Shown: in pieces, positions 21,983-31,762 of the stretch | How positions within the stretch are numbered: position 1 is the first letter of the stretch | Layout of the letters: every line of letters starts with the position of its first letter | From: Nitrospinaceae bacterium | GTDB lineage: Bacteria > Nitrospinota > Nitrospinia > Nitrospinales > VA-1 | DNA: 64,000 bases | Direction of reading: 5' to 3' | Assembly (NCBI GenBank): GCA_046754465.1 | Contig: JBHHVU010000001.1 | Location: 64,001-128,000 of the forward strand | Notes under the pieces: model-generated | The model's database searches: none | Told to the model about the DNA's origin: nothing | What the model saw: only the letters and a program-made list of their open reading frames with translations | Program-made: the position numbers and the translations under genes

Positions 21983-22816
21983 TCATCCATCCATGGGACG
22001 CCAGTCTTCCCCGTTCCAATGAAGGATGAGTCCGTTGTCGCCCACCGCGAAAATATTGTCCTGGGAAGACCCCCAGATGGCGGTCAGGTATTCCTTGGTG
22101 TTAGATTCGATGCGAGTCCATTGTCCGCCTTCGAGAAACAGGATCATTCCTTCATCCCCCACGGCAAAGACCATGTCACTCGAGGGACCCCACACATCCA
22201 GGATAAATTCCATGGTCCGTGAAGGCATCTCGTTGAACTCGGAACCGTCGAATTTGAAAATCGCGCCGTCGGAACCGGAGAGATACATTTCATTGGGACC
22301 GAATCCATAAAAGCCGTAAAACTCCGCATTGGAATTCAGGGTCAACCGGACCCAGTGGTCCCCGTCCTGCCGGAGGCAGAGGCCGTCGTAACCCACGGCA
22401 TACATCCCGCTTTCCTTGCATCCCCACAGCCGGGTGATATCCGTATCGGTCCCGGTTTCCATGAACTTCCAGGAATTGCCATCGTAATGAAGAATTTTTC
22501 CCAAGCGGGAACAGGCATAAATTTTATTGGGCTCCAATCCGAAGATTCCGGTCATGGGAGGTAACGTGTAATCCGTCTCGACCGGGATCCAGACGTTGCC
22601 GTCGAAATGGAGAATTTTTCCATCGGTGGCGACGGCGAACACGTTTTTCGGATCGCTGCCCCACATGTTTTTGATCGTGTAGCGTCCGCCGGTATCCATG
22701 GGTTCCCACTTGGTACCGTCGTAATGAAGCAGGGTTCCTTCCGCTCCGCCAACGAAAATATCCTTTTCACTGAACCCGGTAATGGAAAGCAGATGATGAT
22801 CGGTCAGAGTGGACAT
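21983..22816 (-). CDS. Trp-rich beta-propeller repeat protein (paralog 2)
   Basis: About 7 ~39-aa repeats (WGxxxxxxFAVGxxGxILHFDGxxW). Confidence 0.8.
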   Translation of the reverse strand: MSTLTDHHLLSITGFSEKDIFVGGAEGTLLHYDGTKWEPMDTGGRYTIKNMWGSDPKNVFAVATDGKILHFDGNVWIPVETDYTLPPMTGIFGLEPNKIYACSRLGKILHYDGNSWKFMETGTDTDITRLWGCKESGMYAVGYDGLCLRQDGDHWVRLTLNSNAEFYGFYGFGPNEMYLSGSDGAIFKFDGSEFNEMPSRTMEFILDVWGPSSDMVFAVGDEGMILFLEGGQWTRIESNTKEYLTAIWGSSQDNIFAVGDNGLILHWNGEDWRPMDG

Positions 22817-22861
22817 ATTAAATTCCAACTTTCTGGTTTAAATCGCCAGCCGGGGCACGGA

Positions 22862-23698
22862 TCAGAGCGACATATCGCTCCATTTATTCCCATCAAACCG
22901 AATCACCGCGCCATTATCGCCCACGGCGTAAACGCAGTCCGAGCGAAGCCCCCTCACCTTGGTCAGATAATCGTCGCGGGGCGATTCCATCCTGCTCCAT
23001 TGTTTGCCATCGAAGTGAAGAATAACGGCATTGTCCCCAACCACGAATATATCATTCTCCGAAGTGCCCCAAACGCTTAAAAGGTATTCCCCGGTTCCCG
23101 ACTCCATGGATTTCCAGTCATTCCCGTCAAAATGCAAAATGGTTCCGTGGGAGCCGGCGACATAGACGTTATCCGTTTTGGTTCCCCAGATTCCATAGAG
23201 TGAGATGGTTTCATCGGTCAGTTCCTCGCGCCGCTGGAACTCTTTGCCGTCGTAAAACCGGTACACCCCTTCTCCTCCCACGGTGTGGATTTGGTGAATG
23301 TCCTCTCCCCACATGCCAAAGATATCGTGGATGGTATTGGGTTCTCGGTAGCCCCATTTTTGCCCGTCCCAGTACAGCATTCTTCCCCCCACACCAAAAA
23401 GAAACAGGCTGTTGGCATCGTATCCGTAAGCGGAATTCAGGGAATCGTAACTTCCGGTATCCATCTGATTCCAGTCTTTCCCGTCGTATTTCAGGACCAC
23501 GCCGCCGACGCCCACGGCATAAATACAGTTTTCATCGGCGGCCCAAATCCCCATCAAGGGATTGGTATTTTCCGTCCGGACGGGCAGCCATTCCTTGCCG
23601 TCATAATTTTGTGGGATGCCATCCTTTCCCACGACATAGATATTGTCTTCACTGAAGACCCAAAGGTCCAGCAGATCGGGTTTTTCGCCTGTAAACAT
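22862..23698 (-). CDS. Trp-rich beta-propeller repeat protein (paralog 1)
   Basis: Same ~39-aa repeat as the neighbouring gene. Confidence 0.8.
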   Translation of the reverse strand: MFTGEKPDLLDLWVFSEDNIYVVGKDGIPQNYDGKEWLPVRTENTNPLMGIWAADENCIYAVGVGGVVLKYDGKDWNQMDTGSYDSLNSAYGYDANSLFLFGVGGRMLYWDGQKWGYREPNTIHDIFGMWGEDIHQIHTVGGEGVYRFYDGKEFQRREELTDETISLYGIWGTKTDNVYVAGSHGTILHFDGNDWKSMESGTGEYLLSVWGTSENDIFVVGDNAVILHFDGKQWSRMESPRDDYLTKVRGLRSDCVYAVGDNGAVIRFDGNKWSDMSL

Positions 23699-23922
23699 GT
23701 GGATCCCGATTTCCTTAAAATGCTGTCAATTTACGGGTGGCTCTTTCCGGCTTTCCATGGAAACCCTGTTTCGCGGCACAAATAAGGGATGGTATCGGTC
23801 AGTTTACCACCCATTCGAGTTGTGGCGGAAGGATTCGCCGGTATAATGTTTTTGCGTCCAAATAAAAAAAGCCCCTCTCGTCCATCACAAGGAGCCCGGG
23901 TTCCGGAAAGCCATGTCAGGAA

Positions 23923-24831
23923 TCAGTTGACTTCACCCGCGGGTCTAAACATTACCTGGGTAAGCTTTTGCAGCGTGTTCGAGTTCTGAAACAATTTCTG
24001 CACTTCGGGGCTGATATCGTTCCGGATCAAAATCAGGGTTTCGAGATGATTGAGATATTTTGACTGGGCGAGAGCCCGGGCGCCTTCATCGCCGATTTCC
24101 GCTTCATAAAGGTCCAGAAGCGTCATTTTTTTAAAATTCGGGGAATTGGCGATGGCGATTGCACCTTGACTTCCAATAGGATTATAGGTCAAAGTCAGTT
24201 GGGTCAGATTTTTCAAGGTTTCTGAATTGGCCAGGGCTTCCACTCCCTCTCCCTCGACATAGTTCCAATTCAGGTTGAGTTCGGTCAGCGTGGAAAGGTT
24301 CTTTGATGCGGCAATGGCCATGGCTCCCACATTGCCAATGTTGTTTCTATATAGTGACAACAAATTCAGACGAATCAGGGTATCCGAGGTGGCCAGGGCT
24401 TCCACCCCGTCATCCCCAAGATCACTGCCCACCCAAAAGGAGATGAGGTTGCTGAGCGTTTTGGATTCGGCCACGGCGCGGGCTCCGGCGGGGCCTATTT
24501 TATTATCGCTCATGATCAGTTCGGAAAGATTGAGCAAGGTCTTCGACTGGGCCATGGCTTTCATGCCCTCGTCGGTGACTTGATTCTTGAACAGGTTGAG
24601 GGCCGTCAGGTATTTCATATTTTCCGAATCGAGGAGCGCCTTGATGCCATCGTCCCCAATTTCGTTGAACTCCAGGAATAAAGCGGTGATCCCCTTAACC
24701 TTTCCGGATTCTACGATTTTTTTCAGGTCCTCATCGTCCAATTCCTTTTCCCTGAGGTCCAATTCGCTCTTTTCAACGTTTAACCCTTGTTCAATCAAAC
24801 TGTCGATATCTTTTCCTGTTTTCGCTGTCAT
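23923..24831 (-). CDS. cytoplasmic leucine-rich-repeat protein (28-aa repeats)
   Basis: LxxLxLxxNxIGxxGAxAIA repeats; no signal peptide. Confidence 0.88.
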   Translation of the reverse strand: MTAKTGKDIDSLIEQGLNVEKSELDLREKELDDEDLKKIVESGKVKGITALFLEFNEIGDDGIKALLDSENMKYLTALNLFKNQVTDEGMKAMAQSKTLLNLSELIMSDNKIGPAGARAVAESKTLSNLISFWVGSDLGDDGVEALATSDTLIRLNLLSLYRNNIGNVGAMAIAASKNLSTLTELNLNWNYVEGEGVEALANSETLKNLTQLTLTYNPIGSQGAIAIANSPNFKKMTLLDLYEAEIGDEGARALAQSKYLNHLETLILIRNDISPEVQKLFQNSNTLQKLTQVMFRPAGEVN

Positions 24832-25141
24832 GCCTGCCTTTCCGAAAAATCGGCCCGGGACGGGCCTTCATTGTTGCCAGCATAAACCGGTCATTTTAAG
24901 CAAGTCTGGAGTAATGTAAAGTCAAAATCACTAAAAATCCTAGCTTTAGCGCTAAATTGGTCTTCACGGCGGGCCAGGAAGTGGGGTGGATTGAATTTTC
25001 ATTTTATTCGGGTAAAATATTTTAATATTTTTCTTAATGGACTTTAAACCTTTTTTTCAGATTCATTGCCGAAAATTTTTCGGCGCCGCGGACTCCCTTG
25101 CCCGCCTCCTTTAACAGGACTCACCGTAACGTGATATTCCC

Positions 25142-26134
25142 ATGTCCCAAAAAATCGAAGAAATAACCCAACGGGTCCGTCAGGCCGCCGGATTTATCCC
25201 GATCATCCAGAAGGAACTGGATCAGGTGATTGTGGGACAAAAATATCTGACCGAACGCCTGATCCTGGGCCTGTTGACCGGGGAGCATATTCTGCTCGAA
25301 GGGGTCCCCGGCTTGGCCAAGACCACCTCGGTCAAATCCCTGGCCAGCACGATCAAAGCCACGTTCAAGCGCATCCAGTTCACCCCGGACCTCTTGCCAG
25401 CCGACCTGTTGGGAACCCAGGTCTACCAACCCAAGACCGGGGAATTCAGCATTAAGAAAGGCCCCCTCTTCGCCAATATTATCCTGGCGGATGAAATCAA
25501 CCGGGCTCCTGCTAAGGTGCAAAGCGCCCTTTTGGAAGCCATGCAGGAAAGGCAGATCACCATCGGGGGCCAGACTTTTCCTCTCGATGACCCCTTCATG
25601 GTCATCGCCACTCAAAATCCGATCGAACAGGAAGGCACTTACCCCCTTCCCGAAGCCCAGGTGGACCGGTTCATGTTCAAACTGAAGATCGAATATCCTA
25701 CATGGGAAGAAGAAAAAATAATCATGCAAATGATGTCTTCCACGAACCACCACGTTGATGTGGGGCGGGTGGTGAACCCCGCGGACTTATTGAACGCGAG
25801 GAAAGTATTCGATGCCATCTATATCGATGAAAATCTGCAGGACTACATCGTCCACCTGGTATCCTCCACGCGCAATCCGGAAGAATACCAACTGCCCTCG
25901 CTGGCCAAATTGATCCAGTATGGCGCATCCCCCCGGGCCTCGATCTTCCTCCACCGCGTGGCAAAGGCTTACGCCTTCATGCAGGGACGGGGATACGTCG
26001 TTCCGCACGATATCAAATCCGTCGGCCTGGACGTGCTGCGGCACCGGATCATTCTTTCCTATGAAGCCGAGGCGGAAAACATCTCCACCGATGAAATCCT
26101 TAAAACAATTTTCGATACCATCGAGGTCCCATAA
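25142..26134 (+). CDS. moxR: MoxR-family AAA+ ATPase
   Basis: GVPGLAKT, RIQFTPDLLPAD, DEINRA, ATQNPIEQEGTYPLPEAQ.DRF. Confidence 0.95.
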   Translation: MSQKIEEITQRVRQAAGFIPIIQKELDQVIVGQKYLTERLILGLLTGEHILLEGVPGLAKTTSVKSLASTIKATFKRIQFTPDLLPADLLGTQVYQPKTGEFSIKKGPLFANIILADEINRAPAKVQSALLEAMQERQITIGGQTFPLDDPFMVIATQNPIEQEGTYPLPEAQVDRFMFKLKIEYPTWEEEKIIMQMMSSTNHHVDVGRVVNPADLLNARKVFDAIYIDENLQDYIVHLVSSTRNPEEYQLPSLAKLIQYGASPRASIFLHRVAKAYAFMQGRGYVVPHDIKSVGLDVLRHRIILSYEAEAENISTDEILKTIFDTIEVP

Positions 26135-26155
26135 CCAGATGAATCCGGGTAACCC

Positions 26156-27103
26156 ATGGCTTTGAATCTATTCTCAAGAATGCTTGATTGGTTCCAGCTC
26201 CCTCCGCCTTTCCCAGAACCCGAAAAGAGTATTGACCCGCAATTACTGAATCAGGTGAGGGCCATCCAGGTGAAAACCAATCATCTGGTCAACGACCTGA
26301 TGGCGGGAGAATATGTCTCGGCCTTCAAAGGCAGGGGCATGGAATTCAGTGAAGTGCGGGAATACCAACCTGGCGACGACGTGCGGCTGATCGACTGGAA
26401 CGTCACCGCCCGGATCAATCAGCCTTACATCAAGGAGTTCAAGGAAGAACGTGAATTGTCCATGATGCTTCTCGTCGATGTCAGCTCCTCCTGCGATTTT
26501 GGATCGGTGGGAAAGCTCAAACATGAAATCTGCGCCGAACTCGCGTCCATCCTGGCTTTCGCGGCCATTAAAAACAACGATAAAATCGGACTGATCGTAT
26601 TCTCGGATAAAATCGAAAAATATATCCCGCCCAAAAAGGGGAAAGCCCATATCTGGAATATCATCCGGACCATATTGGATTTCCAGCCGCAAGGCAGAGG
26701 GACCGACCTGAACCTTCCCCTGGAATACCTGTTGAACATCCAGAAACGCAAAACGGTCACCTTCCTCATTTCTGATTTTCAGGCGCGGGGTTATGAAACC
26801 ACGCTCAGGCTCGTGAAACAAAAACACGATCTCATCGCCCTGTTGATCATCGACCCCCGGGAACGGGAACTCCCCAATGTCGGCCTGATCCACCTGGAAG
26901 ACGCGGAAACGGGCGAAACGATTCTCGTGGATACGGCCGATCCGGAAACCACCCGCCGCTTCGCGCGGCGGGTCCAGAAAAATATACGGGAAATGAAATC
27001 GCTTTTTAACTCCGCCGGAATCGATATCATAGAAGTCCGGACCGACCATTCCCTCGTGGAACCGCTCATCCGTTATTTTAAAATCCGGGAAAAAAAACAC
27101 TGA
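26156..27103 (+). CDS. DUF58 family vWA-like protein
   Basis: GMEFSEVREYQPGDDVRLIDWNVTAR, LISDF. Confidence 0.93.
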   Translation: MALNLFSRMLDWFQLPPPFPEPEKSIDPQLLNQVRAIQVKTNHLVNDLMAGEYVSAFKGRGMEFSEVREYQPGDDVRLIDWNVTARINQPYIKEFKEERELSMMLLVDVSSSCDFGSVGKLKHEICAELASILAFAAIKNNDKIGLIVFSDKIEKYIPPKKGKAHIWNIIRTILDFQPQGRGTDLNLPLEYLLNIQKRKTVTFLISDFQARGYETTLRLVKQKHDLIALLIIDPRERELPNVGLIHLEDAETGETILVDTADPETTRRFARRVQKNIREMKSLFNSAGIDIIEVRTDHSLVEPLIRYFKIREKKH

Positions 27104-27104
27104 A

Positions 27105-27545
27105 ATGGCATTTTTTTCTCTCAACAATCCCAAGGATGGGGTCAGCCCCAGGATCAAGATTTTGGTTCTGTCACTCACAGTCCTGACCGTGTTCGCCTTC
27201 GGTGTTTTTTTCTTCATCCTGGCCGGCAAAATAGTTTCGCCCTCCAAGGAAAAACCCTGGACCTACAAGCTCCTCGCGGTTGGGGAAAAACTCCAGCATG
27301 CCGGTCTCCGGAAGGAGGCCATCGATCTGTACGCCCGGTTCCTGGACCGGGAAAAGGTGGATCTGAAAACGCGGGCCCGGGTATCCCTTACCATAGGAAA
27401 ACTTTACAAGGAGCTGGGAAACTGCCGCAAGGGCCTCACCTGGTTTTATCAGGCGGAGGCCGCGGGTCCCGACCCCTCCCGAGAAAACATTCTGAAATCC
27501 CAAATCGACACTTGCCTTAAGGAGGTGCGGTCTCATAAACCTTAA
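27105..27545 (+). CDS. membrane-anchored TPR-like protein
   Basis: N-terminal TM helix followed by short TPR-like helices; operonic spacing. Confidence 0.6.
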   Translation: MAFFSLNNPKDGVSPRIKILVLSLTVLTVFAFGVFFFILAGKIVSPSKEKPWTYKLLAVGEKLQHAGLRKEAIDLYARFLDREKVDLKTRARVSLTIGKLYKELGNCRKGLTWFYQAEAAGPDPSRENILKSQIDTCLKEVRSHKP

Positions 27546-27549
27546 ACCG

Positions 27550-28578
27550 ATGATCGTTTCGACAAATTCACCGGCGAGGATCTGGCGGATTTTTTTCTGG
27601 ATCCTGATCTTTTCCTGGGCTTCCACCTCCCCAGATGCGTTGGCCCAAGAACCGGGCGTAAGTGAAAATCACTCTCCTATCTCGGCGGAGGCGAAAGTCG
27701 ACCTGCCCCAGGCCACGATCGGAGACATCGTCACCTTCTCGGTCATCGTTCGCCATGACGCCAATATTCAAGTCCATCCCCCTCAATTCGTAACCATTCC
27801 GGGCCTGGAAACCCTGGACCGGGGCGCCCGGGAACCCCGGTCCCGCAACAGCCAGAAGGTGGACGAATTCTGGATTCGCTTTCGGGTGGATCGGGTGGGA
27901 ACGATTAACCTGCCGGCGGTCAGAGTCCCCTTTGATGTCTCCCCAACGGGACCGGGTGGGAATAAAATTCCCGGTTTTATCGCCGCCCCCAAAGTCTCGT
28001 TGGAGGTTCAATCCATTCTCCGGCTCCAGGGAGAGCCGACGGATATCCGGGACATCAAACCCCTGGAGGAAATTGGACTGGATTGGAGAGGACTCATCCT
28101 TGCCGGAATCCTTCTCCTATTGGGATCGTTCCTGGGAATATTCTTTTGGCGCAGCAGGAAAAAACGTACCTTGTTATCAAAGCCGGCTCCGCAATCGGCT
28201 CCCCTACCCCATGAACGGGCCCTGAGGGAACTGGAAGCACTGAGGAAACGGCAATTGCTGGAGTCGGGCCAGGACCGGGAATACTATTTCCAGTTGTCGG
28301 AAATATTTCGCCGCTATCTGGGAAACCGGTTCGCGTTTCCCGCATTGGATTGGACCACGGAAGAAATCACCGAGTACCTCCACCGCGCCTCCCCCATGGA
28401 AGAAACCTGGCGGGATCGAGTTTGCCGCCTTCTGGAGAAGACGGACCGGGTGAAGTTCGCCAAGGCTCAGAGGAACCGGGCGGCCAATGAAATGGAAGAA
28501 GTGATAAACTTCATCCGGGCGACCTGTAAAAAGGAAGAGGAACCGGTTTCATCTTCCCATCCCTCGGGAGGATCATGA
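27550..28578 (+). CDS. Bat-operon membrane protein (BatD-like/DUF4381-like)
   Basis: Ig-like N-domain, DIRDIKP, TM helix, LSEIFRRYL...TTEEI...DRVKFAK. Confidence 0.8.
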   Translation: MIVSTNSPARIWRIFFWILIFSWASTSPDALAQEPGVSENHSPISAEAKVDLPQATIGDIVTFSVIVRHDANIQVHPPQFVTIPGLETLDRGAREPRSRNSQKVDEFWIRFRVDRVGTINLPAVRVPFDVSPTGPGGNKIPGFIAAPKVSLEVQSILRLQGEPTDIRDIKPLEEIGLDWRGLILAGILLLLGSFLGIFFWRSRKKRTLLSKPAPQSAPLPHERALRELEALRKRQLLESGQDREYYFQLSEIFRRYLGNRFAFPALDWTTEEITEYLHRASPMEETWRDRVCRLLEKTDRVKFAKAQRNRAANEMEEVINFIRATCKKEEEPVSSSHPSGGS

Positions 28579-29573
28579 CTTTTTTTCGTTTCGAAGATCC
28601 CTGGCTGCTGATGCTTCTTCTCCTGCTCCCTTTCCTTGCGTTTCTGGGAAGGAAAAACCGCGACGCGGTCATTCAATATTCCTCCATCGGCGGCTTGAAG
28701 GCGGTGCAACCCGCGCAGGTGAACTGGAAAGCGGTGGTTCCCCGGGCGCTCCGGTTCCTGGCCCTCGCCTTGCTCGTGCTCGCCCTGGCCCGTCCCCAGG
28801 AAGGCCACAAAAGCACAGAAATCCTATCCGTGGGAGTGGACATCATGCTGGCCATCGACACTTCCGGAAGCATGGAGGCTTTGGACTTCATGAAAAATAA
28901 ACACCGGATCAACCGGCTGGAGGTGGTGAAGGATGTCGTGGCTGATTTCATCGAACACCGGAAAAACGACCGCATCGGAATGGTTGTTTTTGGAAAAGAG
29001 GCTTATACCCAGTGCCCGCTGACTTTGGATCATGACATTGTGCTCTCTTTTCTAAACCATTTGGAGATCGGAATCGCCGGGGATTCCACCGCCATCGGAT
29101 CGGCTATCGGGATTTCCGTCAAGCGTTTGAAGGACCTGGAAGCCAAGTCCAAGGTGATCATTCTTTTGACCGACGGACGCAACAACGCCGGAAGTCTCAC
29201 CCCCATTCAGTCCGCTAAGATCGCCAAAACCTTCCAAATAAAAATCTATACCATCGGGGTGGGGACCCGTGGGAAGGCCCCGTTTCTGGTCGATTCCATC
29301 TTCGGGAAACAATATGTATACCAGGATGTGGAAATCGACGAAAAGACGCTAAAAGAGATCGCCGCCATGACCGGAGCCCGGTATTTCCGCGCCACCGATT
29401 TGGAATCACTCAAGGATATTTATAAACAGATCGACCGCCTGGAAAAATCGAAAGCGAAAATCATCGATTATTCCGAATACCAGGAACGGTTCCATTATTT
29501 TCTGATACCGGGACTGGCCCTGATTCTCCTGGAAATCGTTGCGGCCAATACCCGATTGCGCAGGATCCCCTGA
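28575..29573 (+). CDS. batA: BatA vWA-domain protein
   Basis: LALARPQ, MIDAS DTSGS, TAIG, LLTDG. Confidence 0.88.
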   Translation: MTFFRFEDPWLLMLLLLLPFLAFLGRKNRDAVIQYSSIGGLKAVQPAQVNWKAVVPRALRFLALALLVLALARPQEGHKSTEILSVGVDIMLAIDTSGSMEALDFMKNKHRINRLEVVKDVVADFIEHRKNDRIGMVVFGKEAYTQCPLTLDHDIVLSFLNHLEIGIAGDSTAIGSAIGISVKRLKDLEAKSKVIILLTDGRNNAGSLTPIQSAKIAKTFQIKIYTIGVGTRGKAPFLVDSIFGKQYVYQDVEIDEKTLKEIAAMTGARYFRATDLESLKDIYKQIDRLEKSKAKIIDYSEYQERFHYFLIPGLALILLEIVAANTRLRRIP

Positions 29574-29574
29574 A

Positions 29575-30588
29575 ATGCGTTTTGGAGAACCCATCTACTT
29601 CAACTTGTTTTGGCTTGTCGCCTTGCTGACCGTCTTCATGGTCTGGGCTCTGCGAAAAAGACGCCAGTTGACCGAACGGTTCTGCGGTCCCTCCCTGGTC
29701 TCTAAATTGGTGGGACCCGGGGTCTACTCCAGGAAAACCACTCGCGCGGTCTTGCTGGTGATTTCCGTTCTCTTTCTGGTATTTGCCACCACCCAGCCCC
29801 GCTGGGGATTTGAATGGCAGGAACTGCGGCAAGAGGGGGTGGACATTATCGTGGCCCTCGACGTTTCTTCCAGTATGCTGGCGGAAGACATCAAACCCAA
29901 TCGCCTGGATCGCGCCAAAAGGAAAATCTCGGATCTCATCCAGATGCTCGAGGGAGACCGGATCGGACTGGTGGCCTTCGCCGGCACGGCCTTTCTCCAG
30001 TGCCCGCTCACCCTGGACTACGCCGCCGCCAAACTTTTCCTCGCGGCCATGGATACAGGCATGATCTCGTCCCAGGGTACCGCCATCGGCGCGGCCATCC
30101 GCACTTCCCTCAAGGCGTTCCAGACCCAGGGAAAAAAGTCCAAGGCGATCCTCCTCATCACCGACGGCGAAGACCAGACCGGCAAGGCGTTGGGGGCGGC
30201 GAAGATGGCGGCCAGGGGCGGAGTCAGAATCTACGCCCTCGGAATCGGGGGGAAAATAGGCGCCCCCATCCCCAACATCGGAACGGAAGGGGGTTTCAAA
30301 AAAGACGCGAACGGTGAGGTGGTGCTCACCAAACTGGATGAATCCACTTTGGAAAAAATTGCCCTGACGACCGGGGGAGCCTATGTCCGTTCCATCACCG
30401 GGGACCTGGACTTGAAAACAATCTATCTGGATAACATCAAACCCAAAATCGAAAAAAAGGAATTGAAAACCGTGCGCCGCAAACTGTGGCATGAACGATT
30501 CCAATGGATGATTTTCCTGGGACTTATGTGCCTGGTCATTGAATCCCTGATCGATGAAAGGAAAACTCCCAAGGGTTCCTTCCGGTAA
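29575..30588 (+). CDS. batB: BatB vWA-domain protein
   Basis: PRWG, DVSSSMLAEDIKPNRL, PLTLD, ITDGED. Confidence 0.88.
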   Translation: MRFGEPIYFNLFWLVALLTVFMVWALRKRRQLTERFCGPSLVSKLVGPGVYSRKTTRAVLLVISVLFLVFATTQPRWGFEWQELRQEGVDIIVALDVSSSMLAEDIKPNRLDRAKRKISDLIQMLEGDRIGLVAFAGTAFLQCPLTLDYAAAKLFLAAMDTGMISSQGTAIGAAIRTSLKAFQTQGKKSKAILLITDGEDQTGKALGAAKMAARGGVRIYALGIGGKIGAPIPNIGTEGGFKKDANGEVVLTKLDESTLEKIALTTGGAYVRSITGDLDLKTIYLDNIKPKIEKKELKTVRRKLWHERFQWMIFLGLMCLVIESLIDERKTPKGSFR

Positions 30589-30761
30589 AAAAGCGTCCCT
30601 AATCCCTGGGGTTTTGATAAAATAACAAGAAAGGGGTTTTGGGTTTTTTTTTTGCCCCACGGCCCTTGACACGGGGCCGGGACGATTCTATTGATGAGTC
30701 AAACAGGATATTCAACCACCGGGGCGAATGAAAGCCCGGCAAGGAATTTTTTATTGAAAGG

Positions 30762-31475
30762 ATGCTGAACATGATGAGAACTGATCCCAGAACAATCAGT
30801 ATGGACGCCGTCGCCGCGGAACAACAGCGTTTCATGGTTCGGGTTTATAACTGGATGACCGGGGGACTCGCCGTTACGGGATTCCTCGCCTTTTTCGTGG
30901 CAAATAATGAGATGATGCTCAGCATCGTCTTTGGAAATCCCATCGTGCCCATTCTCCTCATCGTGGCGCAACTGGGGCTGGTGGTCTACCTTTCCGGCTG
31001 GGTGAGTAAGATGTCCGCCAGCAAGGCCACGGGCATCTTCATGTTGTATGCCGGACTCACGGGGATCACCTTTTCCTCGATCTTCCTGGCCTATACCGCG
31101 TCGTCCATCACGTCGGCTTTCCTGGTGACCGCCGGAACTTTCGGAGCCATGAGCGTTTACGGCTACACCACCAAAAGGGACCTGACCTCCATGGGCAGTT
31201 TTCTGTTCATGGGGTTGATCGGCATCATCATTGCCTCGGTGGTCAACATGTTTTTGCAAAGTGAAGCGATCTACTGGATCACCACCTACGCGGGGGTTTT
31301 GGTCTTCGTTGGACTCACCGCCTACGATACCCAGAAGATCAAGGAAATGAACGTGCTGGGAAATGAAGGAACCGAGGAAGATACCAAGGAGGCGGTGATC
31401 GGCGCCTTAAGGCTTTACCTGGATTTCATCAACCTGTTCCTCATGATCCTCAGGCTCATGGGCGACCGGAGATAA
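30762..31475 (+). CDS. Bax inhibitor-1/YccA family membrane protein
   Basis: VYNWM, GYTTKRDL, TAYDTQKIK, LYLDFINLF. Confidence 0.93.
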   Translation: MLNMMRTDPRTISMDAVAAEQQRFMVRVYNWMTGGLAVTGFLAFFVANNEMMLSIVFGNPIVPILLIVAQLGLVVYLSGWVSKMSASKATGIFMLYAGLTGITFSSIFLAYTASSITSAFLVTAGTFGAMSVYGYTTKRDLTSMGSFLFMGLIGIIIASVVNMFLQSEAIYWITTYAGVLVFVGLTAYDTQKIKEMNVLGNEGTEEDTKEAVIGALRLYLDFINLFLMILRLMGDRR

Positions 31476-31670
31476 TCGGTTGGCGCCTTGTGAGTCCCTT
31501 GTGCAGCATCGCCTGCCCCGGTCTCTTCCAGGGGAAGAGGCCGGGAAAGATTCTTCCCGCCCGCGGGGACTCACTGGAAATCAAAATCTAATTTGAAGGG
31601 ACCCCTCTTTCAGTTCCCTGGCGGGTCCATCCATCCCCCCTCTAATTTCAAAACAACCCTCCCGGGGGAA

Positions 31671-31699
31671 TTGACAAACCCCACCCGTATAAGTAAAAT
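31671..31699 (+). promoter_or_regulatory. sigma70-type promoter of protease gene
   Basis: TTGACA-17 nt-TAAAAT. Confidence 0.6.
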
Positions 31700-31762
31700 A
31701 ACTTCCATGTTTTCAATAAAGTTCAAGAAATTTTTCGCAACTTTTCCCTCCCTCAAGCCTTT

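Noticed and set aside
22816..22864. In-frame TGA read-through (selenocysteine or pseudogene) joining the two propeller ORFs
   Set aside because: A second in-frame stop (TAA) follows seven sense codons later, and each ORF is a complete propeller
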